Below, in pieces: positions 25,335-35,613 of a stretch of DNA of 45,469 nucleotides (the stretch's first letter is position 1; each line of letters begins with the position of its first letter). A program made the position numbers and the translations under genes. Origin of the DNA: a virus. Taxonomy: Duplodnaviria; Caudoviricetes. The DNA lies in the IMG/VR virus record IMGVR_UViG_3300037424_000357, positions 1 to 45,469 of that record; one strand, written 5' to 3'. The notes below the pieces were generated by a model that saw only the letters and a list, made by a program, of their open reading frames with translations, did no database searches and was not told the origin of the DNA.

Positions 25335-26564
25335 TTAGTAAGCCGTATAGACGGTGCAGACGAACGGCACGTTGGCGGTTGTAATATCGGAGGCGCTCGC
25401 AACAGCGACCGCAAAGGTAGCGCCTGAGGCAATGATCGTTGTGCTTGGCGTACCCGTAGCCGTTCCCTGCGTGACGTTATCCGCAATGGTGGCGACTGCC
25501 GAGGGGACGGTGGCCGCTGCTGCGCTGCGTGTCGTAAAGGTCAGTTCCGCGCCAGGGTCCAGGCTGATGCAATCCATACCAAGGATATGGAATGCCGTGG
25601 CGACATAAGCCGGTTCATCAGCCGTGGCTTCTGTGACGTTACCCACCGCCGTAGTATCACATTCGCGGGCAAGGCCAACGGTGGCCGAAGTTACGTTAAT
25701 CGACTGCGGCCCATAATAGACCGTGTTGGCGTTGACCGTTGTGGCGTCGCCGCAAACAGTGAATGAGCCGCGACTGGGGAACTTCAGGGCTTCTTCGCTC
25801 AACGCAACAGTGTCAACCGTGATTGTGCCGTCAAAATCAACCGCGCCGTCAAAGTTTGCGGTCCCGTCAAATTCGGAAATGCCCTCAACGTAGAGGTCTT
25901 CGCCGTTGATGGTTTCGCCCGGTGTGCCATTACCGATAAAGGCATTACCGGTCAGAACTTGCAAGCCATCGCCAGCAACAGTGGTGACCGTCAGATTGCC
26001 CGCGTCAACCTTGCCAAGCACTGCGGTTTCATTCGTCGCGTCCTGGAAAGTAAGGTCGGGCGATGCGGTTGTGCCGTCATCAAGAGTAACGCCGGAACCG
26101 GACGAAATGCCCAAATCCCAGCCGGTGCCGATAACGATGGCGTTTTCAGCACCGCCAGTGCCGGTCATCGCGCCGATATTGATACCGTTGGTCGTAACCG
26201 ACGCGTCACCCGTGATTGCATCAATCTGCAAGCCGGTGACAACATTTGTGCCGCCCGTTGCATTGCCGATGCCGATATCCATGGTCAGCGCGTTGTGGGT
26301 GTTGGTGCCAGTGGTATCAACCGGGCTGTTGAGAACGATCTCCCAACTGTCATTGGTTGCCGCACTATCCGCCGCCGTAGTGGCCGGGGTGAAGTCGAGA
26401 ACGCCAAGGCTTGACCAGCACCATGCTTCGGTTGCGGTCAATCCGCTGGTGAATTCCCAGCACATGCCGCCTGTGTCATTCTGCTTAGCGTTTACCCCTG
26501 CCCACGCAACAGCTGAGGCAAGGCCGAGTGCCGCCACTGAGGCGAGCAAGAGTTTGGTTTTCAT
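25335..26564 (-). CDS. Thr/Ala/Gly-rich fibre-like protein with signal peptide
   Basis: MKTKLLLASVAALGLASAVAWA; aaggaa RBS; EFDGTANFDGAVDFDG repeats. Confidence 0.7.
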   Translation of the reverse strand: MKTKLLLASVAALGLASAVAWAGVNAKQNDTGGMCWEFTSGLTATEAWCWSSLGVLDFTPATTAADSAATNDSWEIVLNSPVDTTGTNTHNALTMDIGIGNATGGTNVVTGLQIDAITGDASVTTNGINIGAMTGTGGAENAIVIGTGWDLGISSGSGVTLDDGTTASPDLTFQDATNETAVLGKVDAGNLTVTTVAGDGLQVLTGNAFIGNGTPGETINGEDLYVEGISEFDGTANFDGAVDFDGTITVDTVALSEEALKFPSRGSFTVCGDATTVNANTVYYGPQSINVTSATVGLARECDTTAVGNVTEATADEPAYVATAFHILGMDCISLDPGAELTFTTRSAAAATVPSAVATIADNVTQGTATGTPSTTIIASGATFAVAVASASDITTANVPFVCTVYTAY

Positions 26565-26576
26565 TGTATGGTTTCC

Positions 26577-26936
26577 TTAGATTGGTTTACAGTTGTCGGT
26601 GCGGAAATGCCGGAATTCCGGCGCTTCCAGGAGGCGCTTGAATGCCTCCGCGTGGTCTTCATTGAACACATCAACGCCATAGATTTTCTTCCAGAGTTCG
26701 ATCATGTGGAGAGGGACACTCGCCACATGCTTCAGCTCACGGGATTTCCCGTAGCCGTTGCTTCCGTCATTCTGGAGGGTCTGGTTCCAGTCCGTATTGG
26801 CCTGGAGATCGGCGCATATGGTCTGAATGTAGTTCTTGCCGTCTACCTTCACCATCTTTTGGATCGTACCGGAGAACGGGTCCACGTCGATGATGGGGTA
26901 GAGCAGTTCGTCTACTTTTTCAGGTTTGGTTTCCAT
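26577..26936 (-). CDS. conserved phage protein downstream of the capsid gene
   Basis: KHVASVP...W...G...KRLL...FRT. Confidence 0.65.
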   Translation of the reverse strand: METKPEKVDELLYPIIDVDPFSGTIQKMVKVDGKNYIQTICADLQANTDWNQTLQNDGSNGYGKSRELKHVASVPLHMIELWKKIYGVDVFNEDHAEAFKRLLEAPEFRHFRTDNCKPI

Positions 26937-27148
26937 GGCTGCCTTGCCTTTTCCAGCTTGTAGAGAAGCTCAAAATCGGCTTCGCTCAGGTCCACAACAT
27001 CGCCCTTGAACAGGCGAAGATTGTTGGAGGCCCATACGCGCCCGGTGATTTCCGCCCTGATAAAGCCTTCTTTCACTTCGCCTTTTGCTTCAAACAGCGG
27101 GCGGGCATCTTCTGGCTTGGGTGGTTCTCTGTGTTTAAGTCCGGCCAT
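26912..27148 (-). CDS. hypothetical protein
   Basis: aggag RBS before MAGLKH. Confidence 0.6.
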   Translation of the reverse strand: MAGLKHREPPKPEDARPLFEAKGEVKEGFIRAEITGRVWASNNLRLFKGDVVDLSEADFELLYKLEKARQPWKPNLKK

Positions 27149-27213
27149 TTTAACTCCTGTGTTATGAGAAAGGACGGAGATACGATCCCCGCCCTCTAGT
27201 TGGTGTTTGGTCA

Positions 27214-28164
27214 TTATGAAGTGGTCAGGTCCGCTACAACGCCCAATGCGGCCTCGTTGCCGATGACCAAGGTGTATTCAGCGAGAAGCTGAACGCGATC
27301 CGAGTCGCCGGTCTTGGCAAGCTTGTGGGTCTGGAACGGACGGAGATAACCGACCTTGGTATACTCAGGGTCGATAATCAGCGCCGAACGCGAACGGCTA
27401 AAGCGGTTGGGCACAATCTTGAGCGTGCCGAAGTCCGACTTGTAGATGTCGATTGCCGCAAAGAGCTTTTCGCCCTTGGCGTCAACCTGGCGTGTTGCAT
27501 TGCCGGTGAAAGTGGACATCACCTGCTTGTTGAACGAACCGACCATAACCGTCTTTGGCTCTGCGCCGGATTCGAAGCATTCGCGGATGACTTCCTTCAG
27601 CTGGGCCTCGGTAAAGGCCCGCTGCGTGCCGTCCGTAGCGGCAACCGTATTGCCGGATGAGAATCCGCCATCGGAACCGCCCGCGCCACGGCTTTCGTTC
27701 GCTTCGATCCACGATTCATAGCCGCCAAGCTCGCGCGCTGTCGTGGCATTGCCCGTGACTGAAGCGTTATTGCTGGTCAGCAGGCTTTCCATGTCGCGCT
27801 TAAGCTCTTTGCCGTTCTTGGCAATGAGATAGTCAAGTTCGTCGCCACGGCCAGCCGAATCGACTGAACGAGCCGTTCCGGAAACCACGATGACCTTATC
27901 GGAGATGTTGCAGCGATTGCTTACGCGGATCGTTGCGACCTGCGCGTCGGTTGTGGCGTCATCGCCTTCGATTACGTGATTGGTTGCAGATGCCGCACCA
28001 AGCACGTCGGTTTGCCATTCATGCAAGACCTGCTTGCACTTTACGCGGCCAGCGGCGGTCATGAACGGGGTTGCTGTGGGGGAAATATCGTAGATGATAT
28101 CTTCGAGGTCTTCCTTGATGCCGATCATGTCGAAGGCATCAAAGGTATTAGTGGGTTGTGTCAT
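27214..28164 (-). CDS. major capsid protein (SU10/DUF5309-like)
   Basis: EDLEDIIYDISPTATPF, HEWQTD, ELKRDME, SDFG, LAKTGD and EYTL motifs. Confidence 0.9.
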   Translation of the reverse strand: MTQPTNTFDAFDMIGIKEDLEDIIYDISPTATPFMTAAGRVKCKQVLHEWQTDVLGAASATNHVIEGDDATTDAQVATIRVSNRCNISDKVIVVSGTARSVDSAGRGDELDYLIAKNGKELKRDMESLLTSNNASVTGNATTARELGGYESWIEANESRGAGGSDGGFSSGNTVAATDGTQRAFTEAQLKEVIRECFESGAEPKTVMVGSFNKQVMSTFTGNATRQVDAKGEKLFAAIDIYKSDFGTLKIVPNRFSRSRSALIIDPEYTKVGYLRPFQTHKLAKTGDSDRVQLLAEYTLVIGNEAALGVVADLTTS

Positions 28165-28182
28165 TGGAGTGAGCCCTAAAGA

Positions 28183-29235
28183 TTAGGCCCGACGTGCTCC
28201 TGATAACCGTGCGCGAATGCGGGCTGCCGCATCGTCAACGGAGCCGGAACGTTGGGCGCGTTGATCAATGGCAGCAATCTTGTCATCGGCGGCTCCTGCA
28301 CTACTTCCCATTCCAGGCTTCATCACCTTTGGCACCGTTCGGAGATGGCCTGCGATGGCCACCTTTCCGTCCGGCGTTGGGGGTGTTTTGGGCATAGCGG
28401 CTCTCGCCTTCTCTGCCCTGTGAAACCTCATCGCATCATCAACAATTTCAATTTCTTCAAACGACAGACGCATAATCCGTTCATCCGGAATTTTTTTGCC
28501 CCGGAGATAGTTGGACACTTCCGCATCGTATCGTTCAAACTTGGCCGGGTCTTTGAGTTCCGGCTTCCATTCGATGATTTGCGTGTTGCGCGTTGAGATA
28601 TGCTCTTGCAATCGCGCGTTTTCCTCTTGCTCGGCACTCTGCGCTAGCTGCCTTTCGGCCTGCGCTAGTTGCTGGAAAGAGGTCTGGAACGCCTGATAAC
28701 GGCCCCATCTTGTCGGGTCCTGGGCAAGGCGGAACAAGTCCATCCTGCCATCGCCCAAATCAGCAAACTCATGCTGAAAAGCTGTGACCATCGGGTGTTT
28801 GTAGTGCTGGAGAGCAGACTGTAGATGCTGCCGTTCCTGTGCCGCCTGGTCTGCAATGGCTTTCGCCTCGCGGACTGCGGCCTGGTGTTCATTTTGCCTA
28901 CGTGACTCTGCGGCTTGCGAGCCCTTCTCGCGGCGGAGGATTGCTTCCTGTCGCGCGGGTTCAAGGGTATCAAACCAAGCCTTGTCTTCGGCTGTCCAGC
29001 CATGGGGAGCATCGATAGTCGGTTGTCCGGTATCGTCGCCTTCCTCTGGCGTAGCGTCGTGCGCATCATCTTGCGCATCGGGCATTTCTTCGGAAGTATC
29101 AACGGTCGCTACAGTGGCAGCGGGTTCGGTGACTTCCGGTTTAATCTTGGGTTCTGGGGCCGCTTCGGTGCGGGCTTCATGCATTTGGGCTACTGCGGCC
29201 TCAATAGAGCCGTCGTTTGTGCCTTCATCGGCCAT
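28183..29235 (-). CDS. capsid scaffolding protein
   Basis: Acidic N-terminus, coiled coil, SGSVDDAA C-terminus; directly upstream of the MCP. Confidence 0.75.
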   Translation of the reverse strand: MADEGTNDGSIEAAVAQMHEARTEAAPEPKIKPEVTEPAATVATVDTSEEMPDAQDDAHDATPEEGDDTGQPTIDAPHGWTAEDKAWFDTLEPARQEAILRREKGSQAAESRRQNEHQAAVREAKAIADQAAQERQHLQSALQHYKHPMVTAFQHEFADLGDGRMDLFRLAQDPTRWGRYQAFQTSFQQLAQAERQLAQSAEQEENARLQEHISTRNTQIIEWKPELKDPAKFERYDAEVSNYLRGKKIPDERIMRLSFEEIEIVDDAMRFHRAEKARAAMPKTPPTPDGKVAIAGHLRTVPKVMKPGMGSSAGAADDKIAAIDQRAQRSGSVDDAAARIRARLSGARRA

Positions 29236-29483
29236 TATTTTTTCCTCGCTTCTTTCTGCTGTTCGTCGTGCAGTTCAATCTTGCCGGTCTGGATAACGCC
29301 GACAAACCAGCCCTTGAGCTTTGGTATGGTGCGCCAAGCCATGAGCAGTTCAGCGTCATGGGGCGTTGCACCTGATTTCAGCTTGTCAATGATTGCTTTC
29401 TCGACTGTCTCGAAGGCCTCTTGGAACATCGGATCATCTAGCAGGGCCTGTGCCCGGTGCATTCGTTCAATGGGGGCGCTCAT
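29235..29483 (-). CDS. small conserved head-region protein
   Basis: RAQALLDDPMFQEAF. Confidence 0.65.
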   Translation of the reverse strand: MSAPIERMHRAQALLDDPMFQEAFETVEKAIIDKLKSGATPHDAELLMAWRTIPKLKGWFVGVIQTGKIELHDEQQKEARKK

Positions 29484-29637
29484 ACTTCCACCTCACTACG
29501 ATATGATTTATCGTCACGCAGCTCGTTAAAGCGCCCTTGAAGAACCTGAATTGCTTCCATCCAGAGAACAAGATTTCTGTCTTGGTCCTGAAAATCGCCG
29601 GGTGCCATTTTCATGACAACCAATGCGTCAACAACGG

Positions 29638-29841
29638 TCATGCTTTGCGCCGCCCGGCGGCAAAAGTTGGCAAGCGCCAGCCGTTAGCGGCATCCCAGAT
29701 TGAGCCGTCATCGAACCTGATTGCGTGGACCTGATTTGGCCTGCTTCTGGTTGGGGCCCTCCACGCATTGGCTTTAATGAACGGCAGCCAATCGCTGCCT
29801 TCTTCTAGCAAAATCTCAACCGTCTTGGGTTTCTTTTTCAT
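29638..29841 (-). CDS. hypothetical protein
   Basis: Coupled ORF. Confidence 0.5.
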   Translation of the reverse strand: MKKKPKTVEILLEEGSDWLPFIKANAWRAPTRSRPNQVHAIRFDDGSIWDAANGWRLPTFAAGRRKA

Positions 29842-32009
29842 GCGGCTAACAACATAATCATGATTTCTTCCTCCTGCTGGTTGGCGTAGAATGCGGCGGC
29901 ATTTGCCGCGAACGCATTGGCCGCTGTAAAATCGAGCGCGGCCATATGATCAAATGCCGTGTTTTCTCTTTGCCGTGCTGCGCTGACTTGTGCCGCGAGC
30001 CTTTGCGCTTGTTTGGCTGGGCGGGGCGTTTCGGCTTTGGCTTCAAGTTCCTTGCGTTTGCGCCTAGCCTTGGCAAATGCCTTGCGGGCTTTCTCCCATT
30101 CTTCATCAGTTAGCTTGCCGACTGTGCCGCGCCGCAATGATCTTGCGCCAAAGCCGCCACCCGCGCCGCTTGCTTCAGCAACAACGGGGACATAAGTAAG
30201 TGTGATGTCCTGCGTCGTGAAGGTGTAGCCTACCGCGTCAACCGCAATTGTCAGGCCCTTGTTGAGCGTTACGTCCTGGGCGGTGAAATTGTAGGACGCC
30301 ACCCCGGCAATGATTTCACGCCCCAGCTCCAGAGATACATCCTGGCCCGTAAAGCTGTAGGATGCTGCGTCAGGAATAATCTCACGGCCAAATTCAAGCG
30401 AGACGTCTTGGGCCGCGAAGCTGTAGGACGCAACGCCGGGGATGATTTCCCGGCCTAATTCAAGCGCTACGTCCTGAGTTCCAAAGCTGTATGACGCTGC
30501 CCCAATCGCAAGCGGAATGTCCTTGCTGAGAGTGACGGCTTGCGGGGTGAATGCGTAGGACGCGGCTCCCGCAATGATTTCACGGCCAAGTTCCAGCGAT
30601 ACGGTTTGCCCTGTAAATGCATAAGATGCGGCATCAAGGGTTAGTGTATACGCAGTAGCAGTAATAGGCAGAAGGGCGAGAACGATACAAACCAGCGGAT
30701 CATCGTTGGTCTGCGCCCAGGTAAAGTCGCCCGTCGCACCGGCAATTGACTTTAGCTCTGATGCAATGACTGATGTGGCATCAGCGCTAAGATGCTGTTC
30801 GTGGATCGGCAACCCGCCGGGGCTGGTTGTAGAGACAGCCGAAACGACATTGGCCGCCACCCAATTGCCCATCGTGAACACCGGACGGGTATTATCCACC
30901 GATGTCGTAAAGCCTGCACGAGCTTCGGTCGAGGCCGAAGTAATTTGCAGGTTTTCATAAGCTGGGTCGTTAGTGGTGACGTTGCGAAAGGCCACCAGTG
31001 TCATCGAACAGTCGGTGACTGCCGATGAATGGGTTAAAGTCTTGCTCGCGGTATTTGCCGAAGCCCGCTTGAACCACAGGGAATGGTTGCCGGGAGCGCC
31101 CGCGTCCTGATCGGCTATATTAGTCCAGCTTCCGGCCCCCTCGTCATCAGCCAGCGTTCCTGGATCATCTTCGGCCCGGTTGCAAGTGCGGACCAGTAGA
31201 TAGTCATCCGCCTCCACGCTTGCGGGGATGGTCAGGGTCTTGCTGGTGGTCGCGGCGACACTGGCGGGTTTCGCCGATGCAACAACCCAAATGGTAGTCG
31301 GATCAGTTGCGGATATCTTGAACGCACCCGCAATCATCACACTGCGCGCCGATCCGCTCGCCGTGACTTGGATCGTGCCCGTGGCCCCGGCCCCTGCCCT
31401 GATGGCGTCGGCTATGGCCAGGGATGTATCGGCTCCCGTGCCGGTGCCAGAATCAGCCCGCTCTATCCATGTTCCGGCCGTCGGCTCGGTGGTGGTATCG
31501 GTAGCCCCCGAAGCGGTGGCGGGATCAGTGGCGGCGTCGAAAGCAGACCATGTGTAGTTATCACCGCCTGCGCCCATCGCCACGATAAGCTCGCCCGCTT
31601 CGGCGGTGGTAAAAGTGCCGGTCGTGACCGTTCCCGAGGCTACGGCAAGGGTATTAGCCGTGCCCGTATCGTAGGGTGTGGCGTGATTGCCGCGATAGCA
31701 AAGAACCCGTCCCAGCGCCACGTTCCCGTTAGTACGGGTAAACACGTAGCTTGGAGCCGAACTGCCACGGACAATATAGGCCATGACGCCCGACGCTATG
31801 CCGTTGGTGGCGTCGGTATCGCCGCTTGACTGCTGCGTCGCTACCAGCCCCCAATCGGCGGGCAGGGTAAACGCGGCCCCATTACGGTAGGCAATACACG
31901 CAACAAGTAAATTACCTTCTGCCGCGCCCTCAGGTTCGGTAAGGGTTAAGTCACCCCCGGTAACGGCGGTCTCAACCGGCCCGCTTTGAGAGACATAATC
32001 CCAGGCCAT
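29838..32009 (-). CDS. large virion appendage-like protein with two beta domains and 22-aa repeats
   Basis: Two similar beta domains, then (LELGREII.GAASY.FT.QDV)-type repeats, a basic helix and EEEIMIMLLAA. Confidence 0.7.
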   Translation of the reverse strand: MAWDYVSQSGPVETAVTGGDLTLTEPEGAAEGNLLVACIAYRNGAAFTLPADWGLVATQQSSGDTDATNGIASGVMAYIVRGSSAPSYVFTRTNGNVALGRVLCYRGNHATPYDTGTANTLAVASGTVTTGTFTTAEAGELIVAMGAGGDNYTWSAFDAATDPATASGATDTTTEPTAGTWIERADSGTGTGADTSLAIADAIRAGAGATGTIQVTASGSARSVMIAGAFKISATDPTTIWVVASAKPASVAATTSKTLTIPASVEADDYLLVRTCNRAEDDPGTLADDEGAGSWTNIADQDAGAPGNHSLWFKRASANTASKTLTHSSAVTDCSMTLVAFRNVTTNDPAYENLQITSASTEARAGFTTSVDNTRPVFTMGNWVAANVVSAVSTTSPGGLPIHEQHLSADATSVIASELKSIAGATGDFTWAQTNDDPLVCIVLALLPITATAYTLTLDAASYAFTGQTVSLELGREIIAGAASYAFTPQAVTLSKDIPLAIGAASYSFGTQDVALELGREIIPGVASYSFAAQDVSLEFGREIIPDAASYSFTGQDVSLELGREIIAGVASYNFTAQDVTLNKGLTIAVDAVGYTFTTQDITLTYVPVVAEASGAGGGFGARSLRRGTVGKLTDEEWEKARKAFAKARRKRKELEAKAETPRPAKQAQRLAAQVSAARQRENTAFDHMAALDFTAANAFAANAAAFYANQQEEEIMIMLLAA
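30190..30650 (-). repeat. about 7 imperfect tandem repeats of ~22 aa (~66 bp)
   Basis: ASY.F..Q.V.L recurs seven times in the translation. Confidence 0.85.
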
Positions 32010-32020
32010 GTCAGACTAGC

Positions 32021-32387
32021 CTAGCGGATTTCCCAGATCGGGCGGCCCCCTGAACCGAACATTTTTCGCCGGTGTATGCGGCCACATGTGCAGAAAAGAA
32101 TATAAACATCAGGTGCGCCTTTGCTTTCCGGTGAATCGCGCCATTCGGCTGATGTGTAATAGGCCCCGATCAAATGATGTTCAGGATGGCGGCAACAGCT
32201 TGCAATCTGCTGGTTCTGCTCAAGGGCCTCGGCGAACTTGGCCGGTATGCGGGCCGGGCAATCCTTGAGTGGAACGCGTGGGGCGGCCTCAATCAGGTGT
32301 GAATCGGGTTCGGAATAAAACGGTGGGTCATAGCGCTCAATATATGTAACAGCTTTGATTGCTGTTCGCCCATCGGTGCTAATAACC
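32021..32387 (-). CDS. Cys/His-rich hypothetical protein (start uncertain)
   Basis: CCRHPEHH...CTCGRIH within ORF 32021..32470. Confidence 0.55.
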
Positions 32388-32804
32388 TCAAGCGAATGTT
32401 GCAAGGCTTGCCCCGAAGTCGGCTGTAAAGGTTTCGCCATTGCCGACTGTGAAGTTTCCGGCATAGTCATAATCGACCATCAGCTTGTCGGTGGTTGAGG
32501 TATCGTCATGGATTGGCAAATAGCGCCCCGCCGTCCAGTCGGCTGCCGTTGCCGTCCAGACAAAATCAACCGCAGTCATCGTGACCGTGCCGCCCGTGCG
32601 GGTGGAATCGTTCTGAATATCCCCGCCAAGCGCCGTGTAGCCGGTGCCCGTGATCTGTGTCCGGTCGGCCATTTCATCATCAGTGCCAGCCACAGGCGCA
32701 TCGGAGCATATGGCGATTTTGAATGTATCGGTTGTGCCGAACACGTCCACCAGGGCGTTAACGACAAACTCGATAAAGCTTTCATATTTGACTGCGGTTG
32801 CCAT
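32388..32804 (-). CDS. conserved phage structural protein
   Basis: FKIA...TGYTALGG...VWTA...GETFT; coupled to the portal stop. Confidence 0.7.
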   Translation of the reverse strand: MATAVKYESFIEFVVNALVDVFGTTDTFKIAICSDAPVAGTDDEMADRTQITGTGYTALGGDIQNDSTRTGGTVTMTAVDFVWTATAADWTAGRYLPIHDDTSTTDKLMVDYDYAGNFTVGNGETFTADFGASLATFA

Positions 32805-35245
32805 TAGTTCACCGTTCCGGTTTGTGAGGTATAGGTTCGCCCGTCAGGCGTTTTGATTGTCTTGGGCGCGCCAATGGCCTTGACAACGTTGGCGTTTCCC
32901 TGGGCGATTAGCTCGCCTATCTTCTGCTGGCCTTCAGCCAATGCCTTGAGGACTTGGGTAATCGGCCCCATTGCGGGCTGCTTCGCCTTGCCACCACCGC
33001 TGGTCTTTGACGCAGCGGCCTCGCTTTTAACAGCCTGCCCTTCGGCCTTGATGCTGTTATCGACCATTGCGCCTTCCATCTTCATGTCCATGTCCTGCGC
33101 GGCACACTGGCTCTTGAGGTCGAATTCCTTCATCGCCAGCCTTTCCTTGAGGTCGAATTCCATGAGCGCAATCTCGCGCTTAAGTTCGAATTCCTTCACC
33201 ATGGTTTGCTGTTTCAATTGCGAGTCGTCTTGCTGTTCCTGTTGCTTGGCAATCTTGTCGTCGGCGGCCCTTTGGTGCTCAATGGCAGCGTCTTCCTGCC
33301 TGGCAACGCGTTCATCCTGGCGCTTGGCCCTATCGCCCTCGATCTGCGCCTGGACCTTGATCATGTCGGGATCGGGCGGCGGGGGCTTGGGTGGCTTAGG
33401 CGGCTCACCCTCTTTCGGTGTCGGGTCGGTAAAGAATTCCTCGGCATTCTTGAAGCCTGAATTCTCAGCTATCTTGGACAGCGCGTTATAAACATTCTCA
33501 GCCGTAACCAAGGGGCCATCAACGCCGCCCTGCATGGTTACAATCTCCTTCTGCGCCACCGCAATGGCCTGGAGATGGCCGAGCATCTGGTCTTTATTGC
33601 CGGTGCCAAGACCGACATTGATTTGCAGGTCGAAATCGCCGCCCCATGATCCAGGGTCCATTTCAACCCATTGCTTGTTGCGAAGCCTGATGGAGCGTTT
33701 GGCCAGCTCGGGATAGCGCCTGATGTAGTAGTTCTGGAGCATGAATATACGCTTCACGCCCTCAGCGAATACCCGAGCAATCAGTTCAATGCGCTGCTGG
33801 CTCGCTCCCATGATCTGCGAAATGCCACGCGCCGTCTTGTTCAGTGTGTCAGCGTCACTGCCTTGATTATATTTGGTAACGCCGGTACGGTTTTCCTTCT
33901 CCGAATTGACAAACTCAAGCATCGGGAATGAAGCTGCGGCGACTGGCTCGGTTATGATCGGGGTAATCGCGTCGGCCCGGTACTGGCCATCAGCGGGCGG
34001 CCTGATAATGCTGCCGACACGGGGCGATAACAGGTCATCAATATTAACCGCGCTTGGGTCAACGTATTTCTGCGGGTTGTTGGTGAGATAGAGATTGTCG
34101 AGTATCTGACGCCACAGGGTTGACTTGAGCAACTGAAATTCAAGGGTCTGGTCTGCGATGGAGAGCCCAATCAGCCGATGCGGAATGATGATGGGCGTTA
34201 TGACAGCAAATGGCCGCGGCCCATTCCACTCCTCGTTGTCGAGTATCTCGGTTCCAGACCCGGCATGGACTATACGGCGCAGCTCAGCAATACCGTCGTC
34301 ATCGTAGTCAACCAGGGGGTAGGCTTCGGTAGTCCAGATCAGCCGCATGGCCTCGTTTGCGGTGGCCTTGTCGCCGGTCGGGTCTTCATCAATGCCCGTC
34401 ATCCGGGCAGTCTTCTCCTGGTCGGTGTTGGACTCATCCCCGGAAAGTGTTGCAACCTTCTTCTTGGAATAGCCCATCTTGATAAGTTCGGAGGCGGTTT
34501 TCTGCGCCCGGTGCGCCATATAGCTGGGTTCGTCAATGTCACCCTTGGCCCGCTTGGAAATCAGCATTTCCTCGGGCGGCACGGCCTCGACACAGACCTT
34601 CATGCTTTTCTTGGTGCGGCACCATACGCCGGTATGCATAGTCATCGGCTGACCAGTCATTGGGTCTGGCTGGCCAGCCTCTTCGGTATGTTCTTTCAGA
34701 TACCAAAGGATCGAGTTCTCAAGCTGCCATTTGCGCTGTCTGTACTCATCCTGCGTCTTGGTGTTTTCCTCCTCCTTTTGCAAGGCAAGCACCGAATACT
34801 GGTCATCTGGCAGGTTAAAGAAATCGTCAAGCTCTTCCTTCTCGTTGAACTCGGGGTAAACCTTGCAAGCCCCGGTCTTTTGCAGCAGCGCATCCTTCAT
34901 CATGCTGTAGAGAACGCGAAAACCGTCATTGTCCTTCAGGAATATCCAGTTGTTATATTCCGTGGCCTGCTTTGCCGATTCCTCGTCTTCCTCGCCTTGC
35001 GGGGTGAATTCGACAATATCATCACCAGCCGTGAACATTTTCATCAGGCTGGGCAGCATCCATTCAATAGTGTCGGCTACATCGGTCGAGACAACCTGTG
35101 AACGGCCCACAACCTCATTGCCGAATGGCTCGCCAAGGTAATACTCCATGGCTTTCGTGCGCGATGCGCTGAGATCACCGCCGAGATAGCCAAGGGCTGA
35201 GGTTTGCTCGGCCTCAAGCAGGGCTTTGAGTTCATCCTCGCGCAA
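32804..35245 (-). CDS. portal protein (P22-like)
   Basis: YYLGEPFGNEVVGRSQVVSTDVADTIEW..PSL, DALLQKTG, RTGVT; long helical C-terminus. Confidence 0.9.
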   Translation of the reverse strand: MREDELKALLEAEQTSALGYLGGDLSASRTKAMEYYLGEPFGNEVVGRSQVVSTDVADTIEWMLPSLMKMFTAGDDIVEFTPQGEEDEESAKQATEYNNWIFLKDNDGFRVLYSMMKDALLQKTGACKVYPEFNEKEELDDFFNLPDDQYSVLALQKEEENTKTQDEYRQRKWQLENSILWYLKEHTEEAGQPDPMTGQPMTMHTGVWCRTKKSMKVCVEAVPPEEMLISKRAKGDIDEPSYMAHRAQKTASELIKMGYSKKKVATLSGDESNTDQEKTARMTGIDEDPTGDKATANEAMRLIWTTEAYPLVDYDDDGIAELRRIVHAGSGTEILDNEEWNGPRPFAVITPIIIPHRLIGLSIADQTLEFQLLKSTLWRQILDNLYLTNNPQKYVDPSAVNIDDLLSPRVGSIIRPPADGQYRADAITPIITEPVAAASFPMLEFVNSEKENRTGVTKYNQGSDADTLNKTARGISQIMGASQQRIELIARVFAEGVKRIFMLQNYYIRRYPELAKRSIRLRNKQWVEMDPGSWGGDFDLQINVGLGTGNKDQMLGHLQAIAVAQKEIVTMQGGVDGPLVTAENVYNALSKIAENSGFKNAEEFFTDPTPKEGEPPKPPKPPPPDPDMIKVQAQIEGDRAKRQDERVARQEDAAIEHQRAADDKIAKQQEQQDDSQLKQQTMVKEFELKREIALMEFDLKERLAMKEFDLKSQCAAQDMDMKMEGAMVDNSIKAEGQAVKSEAAASKTSGGGKAKQPAMGPITQVLKALAEGQQKIGELIAQGNANVVKAIGAPKTIKTPDGRTYTSQTGTVN

Positions 35246-35400
35246 CGGCGCTCACTCTGACGTAGCGGTTATAGTCCCCGTTCTTTGGAAGCTCTTTCCA
35301 TTCGCCGCTTTCAACTAAGTCAGGCCTCTGGTCTTTTGTCATATAGAAATTGTCTTTCTCACGGGGCTTTCGCTCAATCATTCCGGTCATCGCACAATCC

Positions 35401-35613
35401 TTAAAATTGGTGGCCAGCGAGCGCTACAATCTCGGCCAATTCCCTTGCGTTGGCTTTGCGAACATACGGACTGCAAAAATTGTCCATAATCACCCCATCT
35501 TCATAAATGCGGATAGGGGGTTTTATCCTCAACGGCCATGAAGTGACGCGCGGATCAAAGTAAGGCCCTCCCTCCACAAAGCACTGCGCGACCATTTTTA
35601 CTGGCTTCTTCAT
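35401..35613 (-). CDS. hypothetical protein
   Basis: ORF track. Confidence 0.5.
   Translation of the reverse strand: MKKPVKMVAQCFVEGGPYFDPRVTSWPLRIKPPIRIYEDGVIMDNFCSPYVRKANARELAEIVALAGHQF

Noticed and set aside
25906-26963. Plus-strand ORFs of 224, 151 and 131 aa
   Set aside because: Antisense shadows of the structural genes.
30190-30650. CRISPR array
   Set aside because: Degenerate in-frame coding repeats with no unique spacers and no cas genes.
32853-35141. Long plus-strand ORFs (32853..33491, 34178..35101)
   Set aside because: Antisense shadows of the portal gene with no motifs.
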